Origin: Pavona decussata
Taxonomy: Eukaryota
NCBI GenBank assembly: GCA_977016875.1
Contig: CDRNST010000129.1
Location: forward strand, 496,001 to 560,000
Length of the DNA stretch: 64,000 nt
Direction of reading: 5' to 3'
Part shown: piece after piece, positions 24,521 to 37,318 of the stretch
Layout of the letters: each line of letters opens with the position of its first letter
Position numbering within the stretch: position 1 is the first letter of the stretch
Translations under genes and position numbers: made by a program
The notes under the pieces: generated by a model
What the model was told of the DNA's origin: nothing
What the model saw: the letters and a program-made list of their open reading frames with translations, nothing else
Databases searched by the model: none

Positions 24521-26670
24521 CTCATTAGTTTGGCCTGCTTCTCGCTTTTATTCAGTCATTTGGTCGTTTTTTTTTTTAACATCTTTATCAAGTTAGAATG
24601 GTATAAAGTAAACTGAACTGCAAGTGTGGCTTCAATTATGGACCACATTTCCTTTATTCTTGGGCATCGATTGGGCGATTCATTCAGTAGGAAGTTAAAT
24701 GGTTTTATTCTAGAACTTAAATTGACACTATAGTGACCTTCACCCAACCCACTTATGCAATACCGGGAACGACAACTATGACAAGTGAACTCCAATACTA
24801 GATAAATTCAGGGTGATGAACAGCTTGTTCATATTTTTGGCCCTCACGGGGACAATTATTTTACATGTCCTTATTAACACTGATGAGTTCAATTCTGATT
24901 ATGGGAATGTATCTGTTTTTCCAAAGAGACTAAATCAAGATATTCACTTTGTCAAGTCCTTTAATTTTCCTTGCAATGACAAATGTGTTTATGTTCACAA
25001 AACATGTCAGTTTTCACGTTTATTTAATGGCAATAATATGAATAGTCTTGTTGCTTTTGATCAAGAACATTACGCAGTCAAATTTTAATGAAGTTGAGGA
25101 ATGTTTATATCTTGCTCAATCAAATGAGCGTCTCCCAAGGGCAGATGGCCATACAAACCTTGATCTAGCTCTACAGCAATTTTATAACCTGATGATGTAC
25201 AGATAAAATCTTCAAATATCTAACTCACATCACAAAGGGCTCAATGGGTACAATTGCCGGCCTTCGCTATCCAAATACTCAGTTGAACAAGAACAAATAT
25301 CAATATGGCCGAGAAAGAACCTATAAATGCTCAGACTTCCGTTTTAGCATATACATTGTGAACTTTGTGTCTGAACCTTTGACCCATTTTTAACTCTTGA
25401 GTAATACAGAACCAGTGAATAAGTTGTAGCATTACTTCAGATTTCTTCCACATTCATCTTCTGCAACATTTTTTGGTTTTAACAAAAACCATTCAAATGT
25501 TTGTTAGCCTTGACCAAATCTTTACACTGGTAATGTAGGATGTGTCACAAGAAAACTATGAGAAAAAGGTTACAAATTATGTATATGATGTATATGATAA
25601 TTGAGTGTACAAGCTAAGGTAGCAAACCATTTTTATTTAACCATAAAATTACCGCTAGACATTTTTTACTGCACAAATAAAAAATACTTTCTAATGATGC
25701 AGTACATTTTACTGCCTTGTTGCTCTTATGTAGACTAACCTTGTGTGCAAGTGAAAGTAATACACACCAAAATAAACTAGTAACAATACAATTTCCCACC
25801 CCCAGCAATAGCCCTGCACCCTTGAATAGAATTAAAAGGATAAAGTGCAGTCGCCGCCATTTAGCTTTTAATTCGAGCCTAGTCCACTGCATCACACCTT
25901 TTTGCTCGGACCCGCTCGTTTCGAACACCGCCCAACATCTATCCGCCTTGATTACAGCAAACTCTATGAGAGTGCCAATTTAAGCTAATAGTTAAGCGTT
26001 TCACGTTGTTCCAAGCTCTTTTCATTATCACTGAAGCCAAAACAATTTTGGATCGCAACATTTCCATCAATAATATGAGCCCGACCTCTCCAGCATTTTA
26101 AGGTTAACTGAGTATAAAAAAAAAAATAAATCATTTTATTTAAGTTTCATGGGTACTTTTAGTACAAGGCACTACAGTAATAGCGGATAATATCCAGATC
26201 AAAATTGCAATTTGAAATAAACCTTAACCCTGACATTTGGTGATTAAATTTATAACCATTTTTTTTTTATATATAATCACTGAGTGTAGCACAGCAAAAA
26301 CAAAGATGAAAGCAAATGCAAAGTTACCCTTGATGCTTATTTCAAAACTTCTCTTAAGGCCTAACCCCTAAAAACTAACTCTGGCATCAGTTGACTTTGA
26401 CACTGAGCGTAGTAGAGCAAAACCACAGCAATGCAAAATTTCTTTAAACACTAATTAATTTGAAAACCCCTTTTAATGCCTATAATGGCAGATGAGGTTA
26501 CTTATAAGTTTTCTTAATAAAAAATTTTATCTATTCATTGTATTCATACTCTATCATTTCGCTCCCTTTTACTGTTTTTAGATTTAATTCATATCGTTTT
26601 GTATTCATCTTGTGATTTCTTCTATGTGAATCTAGACTTTCGTTAAATGGAAAGGCTTTCCTTTGTTGGA

Positions 26671-28008
26671 TTACACAGTGAATAATAATTCAGGGAATTG
26701 CTTACGAAGCACATCTTCTCCGTTCCCACCTTCACAATCTGTAAATGTAAATGTTACATCTGAACATGTAACAGAGCGCGCACCTATGTCTCCGCAAACC
26801 CTCTTTTTATCATCAGGGCCGGTTATTTTAGCTTGTAAGTGATGCACAGTGTTTTTCTTAATAACAATAGGTGCGTCAAACATGACGGTAAAACCATAAT
26901 AATTAAACAATTCAAGAATGCAAAGGTCTGAGGAAAACTGTCCGCTTTTGGAAACCAATTTCTCAGCGCCTTCGTTTACCTCCACATCTACATCAAGTGC
27001 GTTTTTTTTAGTACCAAAAATGCACAGTCCATGTAGCAAAATATCTTTGTTTGCAGAGAAATTGATGCAGTGGTTATGAGTGGAGGAAGCCGGAAGGGGC
27101 ACCCACCAACGAATTCCAACCCCCATGATCGAGTTGAATCTAAAACATCTTTGGACCGACAGAGAACCACAACGTCTGGTTTCTAAAAATCCCATAGGAC
27201 AAGTCAACACTGAACTGAAAAATTTGAAAATTTGATTGATTTCGTCTGTCATTAAAATTCCACTGTCTAACACCACACTGGCGAAATCTTCTTGTGACAT
27301 GGTTGGAAAATGTATTCCTTTCACTATTTGCTCTCCAAGAATTCTTCTCTTAACTTTTCCATCCGCTTCCACTAAGCCTTGCCTCTGACATTCCTTTGTA
27401 GCCCACAATTCCACAGCTTTAAACAGTTCTATTTCCGCAATCGATAGAGTGTGTCTTGCAACTATCGTCTCAAGTAAGGACCTCTCGATTGTCGCAAATC
27501 CATCCGATTTCACTGCCGCATTGGTTTGTTCATCGATCAGTTTCCAGCATCGATCCATCAGGTTTTTCTCCCCATATTTCTGGGCAGATTGCAAAATGCT
27601 GAACACATTCGATGGATCTAGGTGATCTTGCAAATACTTCGTGCATTTCTTAGCGAGTGAGGGCACCATGTATTTCTCGGCCAAGCAAAACACTCCCATG
27701 GCATTACTTCCGCTCAAATTCGCTTCATCGCTGTACATGTAGCGAAACAACTCCAACAGATTCTCGTACTCACAGTCAGACAGTTCAATAGAGTCTCTAG
27801 TCTCTGCTAGCTCACCGTAAAACATGGCTTCAAAAACAGGACTGCCAATCGACAGTACAAACTTGTGAGCGGGAATCACTTGCTTACTTTCACTATCACT
27901 TTCACCATCGCTCAGACGAACCACAAACTTCACATCGCTGAAGAGATTGTTGTTGAGCAGAAACTTGGTTCTTTCTCTGATGGTGGGTTTTGTTGTCTGC
28001 CAGTTCAT
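26671..28008 (-). CDS. BTBD6-like: BTB/POZ-BACK-PHR protein, copy 4 (445 aa, intact)
   Basis: Full ORF; its PHR is closest to copy 2. Confidence 0.93.
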   Translation of the reverse strand: MNWQTTKPTIRERTKFLLNNNLFSDVKFVVRLSDGESDSESKQVIPAHKFVLSIGSPVFEAMFYGELAETRDSIELSDCEYENLLELFRYMYSDEANLSGSNAMGVFCLAEKYMVPSLAKKCTKYLQDHLDPSNVFSILQSAQKYGEKNLMDRCWKLIDEQTNAAVKSDGFATIERSLLETIVARHTLSIAEIELFKAVELWATKECQRQGLVEADGKVKRRILGEQIVKGIHFPTMSQEDFASVVLDSGILMTDEINQIFKFFSSVLTCPMGFLETRRCGSLSVQRCFRFNSIMGVGIRWWVPLPASSTHNHCINFSANKDILLHGLCIFGTKKNALDVDVEVNEGAEKLVSKSGQFSSDLCILELFNYYGFTVMFDAPIVIKKNTVHHLQAKITGPDDKKRVCGDIGARSVTCSDVTFTFTDCEGGNGEDVLRKQFPELLFTV

Positions 28009-28507
28009 TTTGGCCTATGACTCGGCTTCTGAACCCAAAAGCGGCGTACTCTATCGGAAATTTTAAGTAATGCTTTATAAATACTAACACGGAATATGGC
28101 TTAGTAAGAACAGCGGTGACACAAAACATTGTCCATATAGAATTACCAATTAGAACTTACTTGTCAATAGCAAGCGTGACCCATTGAGTCATGGAGTCAG
28201 GTGTCTTTGGGTCGTCACGGCGGTTTTGCTAAAATTTAATAACCAGAGAATCAAATTCGGTGATATTTTTGTAAAATGGCAGTTTTCTTGTGCCGGAAAT
28301 TATTCCAGATGGCTTTTAATAATTCGTACGTTGCTACTGATTCGTTTTAATTTCAGACGTGGAATGTAAAATTTAATGTTTGTGTGCCATTTGGGATCGG
28401 AAACTTTGGAATTAACGTTCAAGCGAGGGAGAAACCTTTACCAAGGACAAGGAGTTGATGGGGAAATTATATTTGACTTTTATATTGGGAGTCAAAACTC
28501 GGATTCC

Positions 28508-31500
28508 TTTAGTGTTTGTGATATACTGTAGTAGTTCTGATAAGAACGAGCTGTAACGCTGGCACGTGATTGTGATCATATTTCCGTGCATAATCTCTGA
28601 GGTTAGCTATGTAAAAGTACTTCGCGAGTTGTAAACGAAGAGGTCATCTTCAAGACCGTGCATGTTATTAAAATAAAATACGAAAATACAAAGTTGGCGA
28701 CGAGGATGCCCGATACCGTCCCTACGTCCGGCAGTGCAACGCCAGCCATTTCAGCAAGTCCTTCTAGTCCGATGGCTTCTTTACCGACTTCCCGAGTTGC
28801 CGTCATTTTCTTTAGCAGATTAAGTCGTCTACTCTCGGACAGCGTTGATCCAAGTGGGTTCAGTCATTGGAGTATTTTATTCTTGCTTGTGGTATAAGGG
28901 ATCCCAAGCAGAAGCGGGCCGTTCTTCTACACCTTGCGGGCCAAGAGTTACAGGATGTACATTCGCCACGTTACAAGACACAGGAGAAGACTACGATACA
29001 GCGGTTCAACGCTTAACGGCTTACTTCGAGCCCAAAAAGAACGTGCCCTTCGAGAGGCACATTTTTCGGTCCGTTCCTCAAATGCCCGACGAGCCCCACG
29101 ATGCTTTTTCAACACGGTTACGGCAGTTGGTGAAGAGTTGCGACTACTGGGAGAGGGCTAGTGAAATGATCAGGGATCAGCTAGTTGACAAGTGTCAGTT
29201 ATTCCCGGGACCTTCGACAACGGTTTCTTCGAGAGACGGACCTCACTTTGCAGAAGGCTCTGTCCATCGCGCGCGCTACAGAAGCTTCAAATCGAAATGC
29301 CGCGTAAATGGAGACATCAGCTTCAGCGCCGGTCAGTTCGCTGCGATTTCGTTCAGACCGTCCGAAACATTCTAACCCGCCCCGCACCGTCCAAATGGAA
29401 ACGCCCCTAGGTGAAGCTGGTCTGTCAGTTTTGCTGCGGTAAAGAAGGTCACAAAGCGAAACACCGCGTGAAGCAAATTCGCCTCGTTGAAACCGGAGAG
29501 TACTTGCAAGATAACTCTCTCGATCAAGAGTATCTCTTCGCATTGGAAACCTCTGTTTCGAAGTGCATTGTCTCGATCCGCGTCATTGACACGGAAGTAC
29601 CCGTAGTCATTGATCTGGTGCCAGTGTAAACGTTCTTGACGGTACGGCTTTCCAGCGTTTCCACGGTATTTCACTGTAGAAAACAGATGTCCGTGTGTAT
29701 CCCTATGAATCGCCGAAACCTGTATCTGTAGGGGACATATTCGATACGCGCGTGTACTCTAGCTCTACTGGTTTATCAACTGAAGCTCGATTTGTGGTTG
29801 TTGAAAATGACAACGCTGGTTCGCTCTTAGGAATTCGAAAGGACACAGATTTCGCCTTGGGTCTACTGAGAGTCGGGCCAGCCCGGTGGAGGTACGGTCG
29901 CTCATGCAAAGTTCCCCCGGGACAGAGGGTGCCTCGCGTGGTCTCGCGTAGATCATCTGGTCACGCAATACGCCAGTATTTTCGAGGCAGTCTGAAGAAC
30001 TGCCAGCTAAAAGTTCACACCGATCCGAAAGTTACTCCTGTGGCGCAGCCTCTCCGACGGACGCCCTTCCACTCCGTAAGGCTGTCGACCAGAAACTACA
30101 GCAGTTTGCCGATCTCGATATCATTGAAGATGCTGACTGTCCTACCCCGTGGGTATCCCCCTTAGGGTTCAAACCAAAGCCCAGTGGGGACATCCGTGTC
30201 TGCGTTGACATGAGACGAGTTAATGAAGCAATGGTGCGTGAAAGGCATCCTATACCCACCTTGGAGGAGACCTTACAGGCCATGAATGGTGCAAAGGTGT
30301 TTTCAAAACTTGATTTGCGATGGGTTTACTATCAAATTGAGCTTCATCCAAACTCGCGCAACTCTCATGATTACCACGTTCTCCACTCACACGGGCCTCA
30401 AGCGCTACATTTGAACGCCTTATTTTCGGTCTACCCTCCGCTTGTGAACAGTACCAGTACGTAATTCAAGAAACCCTACAGGGTATTGCTGGCGCCCGGA
30501 ATATTTCCGACGACACCCGCATCTTCGAAAAGGATCAGGATTCACATGACCGCTACCTAAAAGAGACTTTTAAGAGACTTAAGGAATGTGGGCCCACTCT
30601 GAATAAAGAAAAGTACCTTTTCAGCGTTTCTGAGCTGGTTTTCTTCGGTTTCAAAGTCTCTGCGGCTGGTCTTTCTCCGTATGATAAGAAGGTAGAAACC
30701 ATACAGAATGCTTGCACCACTCAGAATTCTGGCGAGGTAGAAGCTTCCTGGGTCTTATTAACTATTGCTCCAGATTTATTCCAGATTTCTCCACCAGGTC
30801 AGAACTGCTCCGGCGGTTGACCAGAAAAGGAGTCCCGTGGTCGTGCACCTCTCAGCACCAAGAAGCTTTTGAGAAGCTGAAGTCCACACTGGCGAATGAT
30901 TGTGTTATGGCACACTATGATGAGACCAGAGCTACTCAGTTACGAGTGGATGCAATTCTAGTAGGTGTTGGAGCAATACTAATGCAGCATAATGGCACTA
31001 CCCCTTCGCCCAGTCGCTTTTGCTAGGCGTACACTTACAGACGTGGAAAGACGGAACTCGCAAACTGAACGCGAGGCCTTAGCGGTGGTTTGGGGTTGTG
31101 AACAGTTTCACATTTACTTATACGGCAAGGAATTCAGCCTCTTCACTGATCATAAGCCTGTAGAGATCATTTACAGCCCTAAGTCAAAGCCGCCTCCCCG
31201 CACTGAGTGATGGGCGCTAAGGCTACAGCCCTACAAGTTTAAAGTGATTCACATGCCAGGCAAGACAAATCCAGCCGATTTTCTTTCGTGTCTCCCTCTT
31301 CAAGGCCAGCCCAACCGTGGACGGCAGATAGCGGAGGAGTACATAAACTACGCTGCCTCCAATTCGATCCTCAAAGCCATGTCCCATACAGAGATTGTTA
31401 ATGCAACGCGAGACGATCCGGTACTGCAGAGTCTGCTGAGCTTTCTCCTTGGTGGCAAATGGCCGGCTATTCCCGACCTTCTTCCTTTCTACCCGGTTCG

Positions 31501-32847
31501 TTCAGAATTATCCGTTTGTCATGGTCTCATTCTTCGCGGACGCAGAATTGTAATTCCAGCCCACTTACGACGGCCAACCCTCCAGTTAGCCCACGAAGGT
31601 CACCAGAGCATAGTACGTACGAAGCAGCTTCTACGAGAGAAAGTTTGGTGGCCAGGCATCGACCGCGACATTGAACAGGCATTTTTAAAGTTGTGCCTTC
31701 AAAAGTTGTGCCTTGAAAGTTGTGCCTTCAGTTGTCATCCGATGTCTCCCAAATCTCCAGCAGAGCCCCTACATCAGTCCGTTAAGCCGCGAAAGCCATG
31801 GGAGGTCGTTCACATCGACTTATGCGGTCCATTTCCCCGGGGGGATACTCCCTCATATGGGCTATATAGGTATGTGCGGCCCCAAAGGTTATGGTTTTTC
31901 AGCCGCTTTGGTCATAAATAGGGTATCGATTTTTGCACACTAGTCTTGAATTCGTTTATTTTTCTTTTTGAAGAAGCTACTTCTTCATCATGATGTTTAC
32001 GGCAACTGTGTACATGCCGCAGACACTATCAGGTCATAAATAGGTAAGAGAGGATGATCCTCTCTTGAAATAGGGTATCAAATTTTTGGTCAGGTCATAA
32101 ATAGGGTAGGGAAAATCGCAGATTTTGGTCATAAATAGGGTAAGGGTTTTGGGAAGCGGGCCGCACACCCTATCCAATTTTTTTGGGAGTACTCCCCCCC
32201 CTCCCCGGGTCCACTTCCTTCTGGAGAAAGTCTCCTCGTCCTGGTTGTCGCGTGGTCAAGGTGGCCGGAGGCTGCTATTCTCCGATCGACCAAAGCTGAA
32301 GTTCTTGTGAAGTACCTTCAGGGGATATTTTCTACACACGGTCTTCCAAAGCTGATAACTTCGGACAATGGCCCTCAATTTGTTTCGAACACCTTTTCAG
32401 ATTTCCTTGAGGCGCATGGAATTTCTCATCGCAAAGTCACGCCATACTGGCCTCAAGCTAACGCGGAAAGATTGGCAAAGATTGGCAAAAGGAAAGTTTC
32501 AAGTTCTTCAATGACAGTCGCTTTTTAGTGTTTATCAAAGACATTTCGGCATATCTGATTTTAGCCCGACGTTTTATTTATTATTATTTTTTTTAGCTTT
32601 TATTTGGTGATGAAATCCTCAAGTGTAGCGAATTGATTTAATTTTCTTATCTCAACTTGGGGAGGGATTTAGTGTTTCCGGTATAGTATTTCTGATAAGA
32701 AAGAGCTGTAACGCTTGCACGTGATTGTGATCATATTTCCGAGCATAATCTCTGCGCTTTTGATGTAGAAGTTATTCGCGAGTTGTAAACGAAGAGGTCA
32801 TTTTAAAGACCAAGCATGTTATTTAAGTAAAATACGAAAATACAAAA
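28508..32847 (+). mobile_element. Degenerate Ty3/Gypsy LTR retrotransposon
   Basis: LTRs ~28508-28693 and 32668-32847; TSD ATTCC; PBS TGGCGACGAGGATG (tRNA-Ser-like) at 28695; PPT ggggaggga; gag (YFEPKKNVPFERHIF), RT (FSKLDLRW), RNase H (EREALAVVWG, TDHKP), integrase (HEGHQ, SDNGPQF); many frameshifts. Confidence 0.92.
31836..32209. mobile_element. MITE inserted in the Gypsy integrase
   Basis: cccggggggatactccc ... gggagtactccccccc..cccggg; duplicated ggtcca(t/c)ttcc splits DLCGPFP|SGESLLV. Confidence 0.85.
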
Positions 32848-33017
32848 ATTCCTTGTAGGTGTGCCTTCAATGAGTGGGAAAAGTTCCTTGTTCAGTAGTT
32901 GTAAGGGCGCACAAATTGTCTTCTTTTCTCTGAGTCAGATATGTAATATGCCCCGGGTCATGACGTTTTCCGAAAGAAATTTCCAGTATGATCTCTAATA
33001 ATGTAATGTAATGTAAT

Positions 33018-33523
33018 GTTTTTTTAACCAACTTTGAGGTGTTTGGGAATAGGAGGAAACCCCTCTTTCGAGTGTTTGATATTACTTCTCAAACTATTGA
33101 TAATTCTTGGAGAAATTCGCAGCAAAAGTTCACAAAATTTTATGATAATTAAGATCACTTTTTTAAACCTTCTTCACGGTAGTGCTTTGCTTTGTTTTGG
33201 CTTGATGAATTATTAATGAGTTTGAGAAGTAATATATCAAACACGAGGAAGAGTGTTTCCTCCGATCTCCAAACACCGCGGAGAAGTAGGTTGGAAAAAC
33301 GAGGCACAGCCGAGTTTTTTTAACCAACTTTGAGGTGTTTGGCAATAGGAGGAAACACTCTTTCGAGTGTTTGATATAGCTTCTCAAAATATTGATAATT
33401 CTTGGAGAAATTCGAAGCAAAAGTTCACAAAATTTTATGATAATTAAGATCACATTTCTAAACCTCCTTCACGGTAGTGATTTGCTTTGTTTTCTCTTCA
33501 TGCATTATTAATGAGTTTGAGAA
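33018..33523. repeat. Tandemly duplicated ~210-bp repeat (period ~298) with internal inverted segment
   Basis: ttttaaccaactttgaggtgtttgg...ttaatgagtttgagaa occurs twice. Confidence 0.8.
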
Positions 33524-33714
33524 ACAAATGTCCTGTATAATCTCCAGTACCGTAACGCAATATTTCAATTGCGAAGGGAGGATAGCTTTAAAATCTGCGA
33601 AGCGACATTGGAAATAAATCTGGCACAGCATCACGTGTAAATGCCAGAAAAGGGATCTTGTTTTATAAGAATATCAAGGCTGAAGTTTGCGAAATTTTAA
33701 GAATGTTTTAAGAA

Positions 33715-33756
<42 letters not shown>

Positions 33757-35302
33757 GTTAAAAATTTGTAAATACAATACAATTGTATGTTCTTAACCAA
33801 ACCGTATAAAATTCTTCCTTTCTCTAAACGGAAAAACTAGCCAACAAAATGATAAAAACCTGCACTAGCCAAATGTTCGATCCTCATGGCAGTTCGATGG
33901 CTATCTAAGAATATTCACAAGAATATTTTCGGCCTAACATTGGTAGAAAAATAAGAATATTCAGCCTGGGCCGGAAAAACGATTTTCTTATAAAAGAAAA
34001 GAGTGCATTGAAAGATGTTCCAAGTTAATTGTCAAGCCTTGAGTCGCTTCACTGATGTCACAAAATGCTCTATTTGAACCTTTGTGCGCTTGAATAAAAA
34101 ATCGTTCCTTGAAGCTTACAACAAGGCAGTGTTCCACCGACACTCATTATTTATGTATCATATTGAGCCAAGTAAAAGTTATTACGAAGGATCCATATAT
34201 ACGATTTTGTAGCCTCGGATGCAGCCGTTCAAAGCATATTTCGGTTTTTCAGGTTTTCGCTTTCCGTGAAAAGAGATCTTGGAGTCGACTGACCTGCACC
34301 GCGGGCAAGAGTGTAAGGAAAGCCAATAATACATGTCAAGTCGTAGTTGCCTAGGTAATATGTAGTCTGCTCTCACCTTGAACCGCCAACGTTTTGATTA
34401 AACCAACGAACAAAAACAGCAACAAACCAAATCACCAGATTTTATTTTGTTTTGATAACATGGCCTTACACCGACACAAATGTAATTTTTCTTTTGGCGC
34501 CCTAATATTGATTCAGCGATTAAAAAAAAGACAGAAAATTCACTCTTATATCCCTGTCTACTGTTCCAAAACAAAAACAAGGTACATGGATTATTTTCGA
34601 TTCAGTTGGAAAATCGCTCTAAAACAACAATAAGATTAATTTGTATGACCATATTACAAACTGCATAAATTATACATATTGCATGTTACAGTATTGCAAA
34701 AGCGTCAAAAGATTCCTGAAGTTCTGCTAACTAATAGAAATATAAAATACAAAGTACTTACTACAAAAAAGGAGGCTGAGAAAAGAATTAAACTTTATCA
34801 GATTATATTATAGGGTAACAAATTTTTTTCTTTAATCAAAACAGGAACAAATGAACTTAACCATCTGCTTATTGACCTGACACGATCAGAGGAGATCATT
34901 GATGTGAATTGTAAATGTTTGAAGTTTGGAAATTTAGTACTTATTTCATCCGCATAAAAGTCATTTCTAATGGATAAATCAGATTAAGACAAAAAAATAG
35001 AAAAAAAAAATAGATTTCATCTCAATGAACTCACAGAAGGGAGCTAAGTTGTTCACATCTCGATATTCTCGTATCTAACTGTCTCTAGCTCTAAATTATC
35101 ATCAGTAATGGCTGTAAGAAATGGTAAAGTACTACATTCAAAACTTATTGCTTATCCTAATATATTGTTTATACAATATTTTGGGCTAGTTCTAGTATTT
35201 TCATATTTCGCTCTTTTTAAATTTGGATTACTTGTATTTGAACCTTACTTTTCCATCCACAGGAACGTTTCAAATTGCGCACTCCTCTGAGCTATGTGTG
35301 GA

Positions 35303-36622
35303 TTACAGAGAGAATAGTAATTCAGGAAATTGTCTGCGATGCAAGTCTGTTCCGTCCCCTCCATCACAATCTGTAAATGTAAATGTTACACCTGCACATG
35401 TAACAGAGCGCACCCCTCTGTCTCCGCACACAATGTTCACCGTGGAGCTTTTTATTTTAGCCTGCAAGTGGTACACAGTGCCTTTCTTAATAACAATTGG
35501 TGCGTCAAACAAGACTTTAAAACCATGATAACTAAACAATTCAAGTTTATAAAGCTCTGAGGAAAACTTTCTGCTTTTGGACACAACTTTGTTTCCGCCA
35601 GAGCTTTTTGTTATCTCCGCGTTTGCGGACGTTACATAGAGACGACTACCAAAGATGCACACTCCATGCAACAAAATATCTCTGCTCACAGAGAAATTAA
35701 TGCAGTCCTGATAAGACTCAAGGGAACTGTTCAGTTTTCGTGGAAATACCGATTTAAATCTACAACATCGTTCAATCGACAGACAACCAAAACGTTTGGT
35801 TTCTGGAAACCTCACGGGAGAAGTCAACACTGAGGTAAAGTGTTTGAAAATTTGGATGATTTCTTCCTGTATTAAAATTCCACTGTCCAACACAACACTC
35901 GCGAAGTCTTCTTGTGTCATGGTTGAAAAACGCATTCCTTTCACTATTTGCTCTCCAAGAATTTTTCGTTTATCTTTTCCATCCGCTTCCACTAAGCCTT
36001 GCCTCTGACATTCCTTTGTGGCCCACAATTCCACAGCTTTAAACAGTTCTATTTCTGCAATCAGCAGACTGTCCCTTGAGACTATCGCCTCAAGTAAGGA
36101 CCTCTCGATTGTCGCAAATCCATCCGATTTTACAGCCGAATTGGTTTGTTCATCGATCAGTTTCCAGCATCGATCCACCAGGTTTTTCTCTCCGTATTTC
36201 TGCGCAGATGGCAAAATGCTGAAAACATTCGATGGATCTAAGTGATCTTGTAAATACTTCGTGCATTTCTCAGCGAGTGAAGGCACTATGTATTTCTTTG
36301 CCAAATACAAAACTCCAATCACATTACTTCCGCTCAAATTCGCCTCATCGCTGTAGATGTAACGAAGCAACTCCAACAGACTCTCGTACTCAAAGTCAGG
36401 CAGTTCAATAGAGTCTCTAGTCTCCGCTAGCTCACCGTAAAACATGGCTTCAAACACAGGACTGCCAATCGACAACACAAACTTGTGAGCTGGAATCACT
36501 TGCTTACTTTCACTTTCACCATCGCTCTGGCGAACCACAAACTTCACATCGCTGAAGAGATCGTTGTTGAGCATAAACTTGGTTCTCTCCCTGATGGTTG
36601 TTTTTGTTGTCTGCCAGTTCAT
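35303..36622 (-). CDS. BTBD6-like: BTB/POZ-BACK-PHR protein, copy 5 (439 aa, intact)
   Basis: Full ORF ending QFPELLFSL. Confidence 0.93.
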   Translation of the reverse strand: MNWQTTKTTIRERTKFMLNNDLFSDVKFVVRQSDGESESKQVIPAHKFVLSIGSPVFEAMFYGELAETRDSIELPDFEYESLLELLRYIYSDEANLSGSNVIGVLYLAKKYIVPSLAEKCTKYLQDHLDPSNVFSILPSAQKYGEKNLVDRCWKLIDEQTNSAVKSDGFATIERSLLEAIVSRDSLLIAEIELFKAVELWATKECQRQGLVEADGKDKRKILGEQIVKGMRFSTMTQEDFASVVLDSGILIQEEIIQIFKHFTSVLTSPVRFPETKRFGCLSIERCCRFKSVFPRKLNSSLESYQDCINFSVSRDILLHGVCIFGSRLYVTSANAEITKSSGGNKVVSKSRKFSSELYKLELFSYHGFKVLFDAPIVIKKGTVYHLQAKIKSSTVNIVCGDRGVRSVTCAGVTFTFTDCDGGDGTDLHRRQFPELLFSL

Positions 36623-36959
36623 TTTGGCTTATGATTTGGTTTCTGGACCAAAAAACGGCGCGCTGTAATCGTAAATTTTAAGTAATGCTTTAGGAATCAG
36701 TAAGAACAGCGGGGACACAAAACAATTTTCATATAGAATTACCATAGAACTTAGCGTGACCGTGATTCAGATCAGGCGGGTAAATATAGATTCAGTCATG
36801 CAATCAGGCGTGTCTGGCTCGTCACGGCGGTTTTTGCGAAAATCTTCTTGCAAAATGGCAGTTTTCTTATACTGAAAACTATTCCATATACGGCTTTCAA
36901 TAATTCGTAAGATTAGCAAATGGAACTCAAGGGGATGATAAAGTGATCGGTGTTCCCCC

Positions 36960-37318
36960 TGTGGGGTGGGGGTACTCCTCGGAATTCTCATTAGGGATGT
37001 GCACGTGCCGCCCGGCTCTCCAAATCCTGACCCTAATTTCAGACCAACATACCATTTTCCATGCACACCCGCGTTTTCAGACCTGCCCTCTAAAATCCAC
37101 ACCCGTCTTCCTGAGACCTTTGTTGTAGCGTAATTTAGCTTTGCATTAGTGCTGAAGTCAAGAATTGGTAAAATTCACCAGAAAATTAAGCTCAAATGAT
37201 ATATTTTGGATGTTTCTCTTTCTCTACTATTAAATTGGAGTTGAGAAGACAAATACGTTTATACGCTGTCGTGATTCCCTTGAAAACCATACCCTATTTA
37301 AGACGTGACCATAACGGT
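36960..37318. mobile_element. MITE upstream of copy 5 (truncated by the BEL element)
   Basis: ggggtactcctcggaattctc start, identical position and sequence to the elements upstream of copies 8 and 10. Confidence 0.65.

Noticed and set aside
24556-25983. Several short ORFs in a unique-looking insert
   Set aside because: No recognisable domain in any frame; probably decayed TE
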